Origin: an uncultured Chroococcidiopsis sp.
Lineage (GTDB): Bacteria; Cyanobacteriota; Cyanobacteriia; Cyanobacteriales; Chroococcidiopsidaceae
Assembly: GCA_964248365.1 (NCBI GenBank)
Contig: CAXTYC010000010.1
Location: forward strand, 1-64,000
DNA length: 64,000 bases
Reading direction: 5' to 3'
The translations under genes were made by a program, and so were the position numbers. The notes under the pieces were generated by a model. The model saw only the letters and a list, made by a program, of their open reading frames with translations, was not told the DNA's origin and searched no databases. Shown here in pieces: positions 62,265 through 64,000 of the stretch; position 1 is the first letter of the stretch, and every line of letters starts with the position of its first letter.

Positions 62265-62441
62265 TTAGCACACGCACGAGTGCGTTAAAGACAGTGTAAC
62301 TTAGTATTTTACTTGTTATCTAGCCTCTACTCCAGAGTAGTCCCCAGTCTCATACCTAGGTGTAAGACCACCAAGTTTCATTTTCAGATAGAGCGACCGA
62401 TAAGACTGGGCGGCACACGTAATGAGCTAATAGTAAAGTAC
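62264..62441. ncRNA. Candidate structured RNA between convergent genes
   Basis: Nested complementary blocks (see findings); no family recognised. Confidence 0.3.
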
Positions 62442-62448
62442 CCTCAAA

Positions 62449-63513
62449 TTAAGGTTGTTTTGGTAGTCGTGGGACTCGCTGGCGAATTGGTCCTAAGATT
62501 TGATTAAGCTGGCGTAGTTGTTCAGCCGTACCCATGCAGATGAGTAAGTCTCCAGGCATTAATTGGGTATCGGCTGTGGGACCACCAATCAAAGTGCCAT
62601 CGGCGCGGCGGATGGCAAGGATGAGTGCGCCTGTTTGCGATCGCAGTCTCGCTTCCCTCAAGGTTTGACCCACACAAGGACAAACAGCCGGCTCGAGCCG
62701 AACTTCTTCTAAATAAAGCTCTCGGTCTGCACCCGTGAGAATACCATCGACAAAATCCATCACTTGGGGTCTAAGGGCAGCTGCTGCCATCCGTTTACCA
62801 CCAGTAATATAAGGAGAAACTACTGCATCTGCTCCAGCTCGTTGCAGCTTTTTTAAGGCTTCTTGCGTACTTGCTCTAGCGATCGCCCGAATTTGAGGAT
62901 TCAGTGTCTTGACTGAAAGCACTGTATAGAGATTTTCGGCATCTGAAGTCAGGGCGGCTACTAAACATACAGCTCGTTCAATTCTCAAATTGATTAAAGT
63001 TTCATCTAGTGTGGCATCTCCTAAAATCGCTGTATAGCCAAGCTGTCGCGCTGACTCAATCGAAGCACTGTCTACATCAACAATTACAAAAGAAACACCT
63101 TCAGCTTGAAATTCTGAAGCGATTTGCCGCCCCGTTCGACCAAAACCACAGATAATATAGTGTCCAGATAGCGATTCCATCAAACGTCGCTGTTGCCTCA
63201 GCCGAATTCCTTCTTGAAAGTAACCTTGAATTACAGCTTCTGTAAATCGATTAACGATATAACCAATAGTAACCACTCCCATGAAAATTAAGCCGATTGT
63301 AAACAGTCGTCCGCTAGCGTCTAGTGGTCGAGTTTCTCCATAGCCAACTGTAGCCAGAGTAATCACCGTCATGTAAGCCGCATCTACCCATGACCAACCC
63401 TCGATTAGCCGATACCATAAAGTACCAATTAGGAAGACACAGCCAAGGGCGATCGCTCCTGCTAATAACTCTTTTTGAATCCGATAATATTTCTGCTCAA
63501 GCCTTGAGTACAC
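62449..63513 (-). CDS. Potassium channel with TrkA-N/TrkA-C domains
   Basis: TVGYG selectivity filter, CGFGRTG and GDAT motifs. Confidence 0.95.
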   Translation of the reverse strand: MYSRLEQKYYRIQKELLAGAIALGCVFLIGTLWYRLIEGWSWVDAAYMTVITLATVGYGETRPLDASGRLFTIGLIFMGVVTIGYIVNRFTEAVIQGYFQEGIRLRQQRRLMESLSGHYIICGFGRTGRQIASEFQAEGVSFVIVDVDSASIESARQLGYTAILGDATLDETLINLRIERAVCLVAALTSDAENLYTVLSVKTLNPQIRAIARASTQEALKKLQRAGADAVVSPYITGGKRMAAAALRPQVMDFVDGILTGADRELYLEEVRLEPAVCPCVGQTLREARLRSQTGALILAIRRADGTLIGGPTADTQLMPGDLLICMGTAEQLRQLNQILGPIRQRVPRLPKQP

Positions 63514-63524
63514 GGGTTTTTAGC

Positions 63525-63710
63525 AATTAGCGGTTAGCTGTTGCGAGAACGCTGTTAGCTGCCAAGCTGTTAGCTGGCGCGCAATTCCTTTTTGTTTCTA
63601 GCAGATAGTTATTTTTGTTACTCATTAGTCAATTGTGTTGCTACAAGCTACTTGCAAGCTCGCGCAGGGGCTAAAAGCTAAAAGCTAACCGCGCGCCAGT
63701 TAACAGCTTG
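63525..63710 (-). repeat. Heptamer-armed dispersed repeat, copy 3 (inverted), with an extra 20-bp inverted repeat
   Basis: Reverse complement contains AACACAATTGACTAAT as in copy 2; CAAGCTGTTAGCTGGCGCGC (63563-63582) pairs with 63691-63710. Confidence 0.6.
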
Positions 63711-63845
63711 TCACAAATATCCTGCCTTTGGCGATATTCAAAAGATAGCTTAAGATCGTGTGTCATCTGAATCTGATGAGACAGAAAGTTTTAAAGAATG
63801 CTATTAAGTTGGCAGATGAAAATAAAAGATTATCAGGAGTAAATA

Positions 63846-64000
63846 GTGAACATAGAAACTCTTGTTCAAGATCCTTCTATTCCAGCAGAATCAGCTCCAG
63901 CCATTGATCCTTACGATCCGGCTAGCTTTAATGAGTCTGTAATGACTACCTACGCTCGCTTTCCTCTGGCTCTAGAGCGCGGGGCTGGCTGTCGGGTGTG
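63846..64000 (+). CDS. argD: Acetylornithine aminotransferase, 5' part (runs off the window)
   Basis: GTG after AGGAG; ...VMTTYARFPLALERGAGCRV. Confidence 0.8.
   Translation, partial: MNIETLVQDPSIPAESAPAIDPYDPASFNESVMTTYARFPLALERGAGCRV

Noticed and set aside
62264..62441. Calling this 6S RNA or SRP RNA
   Set aside because: The CTGGGCGGCAC 3' stem is reminiscent of 6S, but I could not recognise the rest, and the SRP GGAAGG-AGCAG motif is absent. Left as an unnamed candidate.

Overview
Cyanobacterial chromosomal window: the HIP1 octamer GCGATCGC is very frequent, heptamer STRR repeats and REP-like palindromes fill the intergenic DNA, and crtW, glnB and PEP-CTERM genes are present. Core genes are pgm/pmm, rdgB, glnB, thiD, crtW, msrA, an emrAB-type efflux unit with marR, ridA, malQ, rodZ, cdsA, cbiT, a K+ channel and the start of argD. 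Accessory zones: (i) a truncated group II intron RT and a decaying glycan locus (1-5.8 kb); (ii) two related AT-rich membrane-protein genes bracketing a peptidase pair, one broken at a T9 tract (14-20 kb); (iii) a REP-rich island with a phage-type ABA-sandwich gene and a decarboxylase resembling plant serine decarboxylase, divergent from an APC permease (29.8-33.4 kb); (iv) two complete tandem hpsA-D-like minor-pilin operons whose hpsB leaders both carry an in-frame repeat element (33.5-48.7 kb); (v) a 5-kb toxin-antitoxin hotspot built on six DUF4351-type Rpn C-terminal modules, where both intact Rpn genes have an internal AGGAG-N9-ATG start (49.3-54.4 kb). All family names come from recognising motifs by eye; no searches were run.
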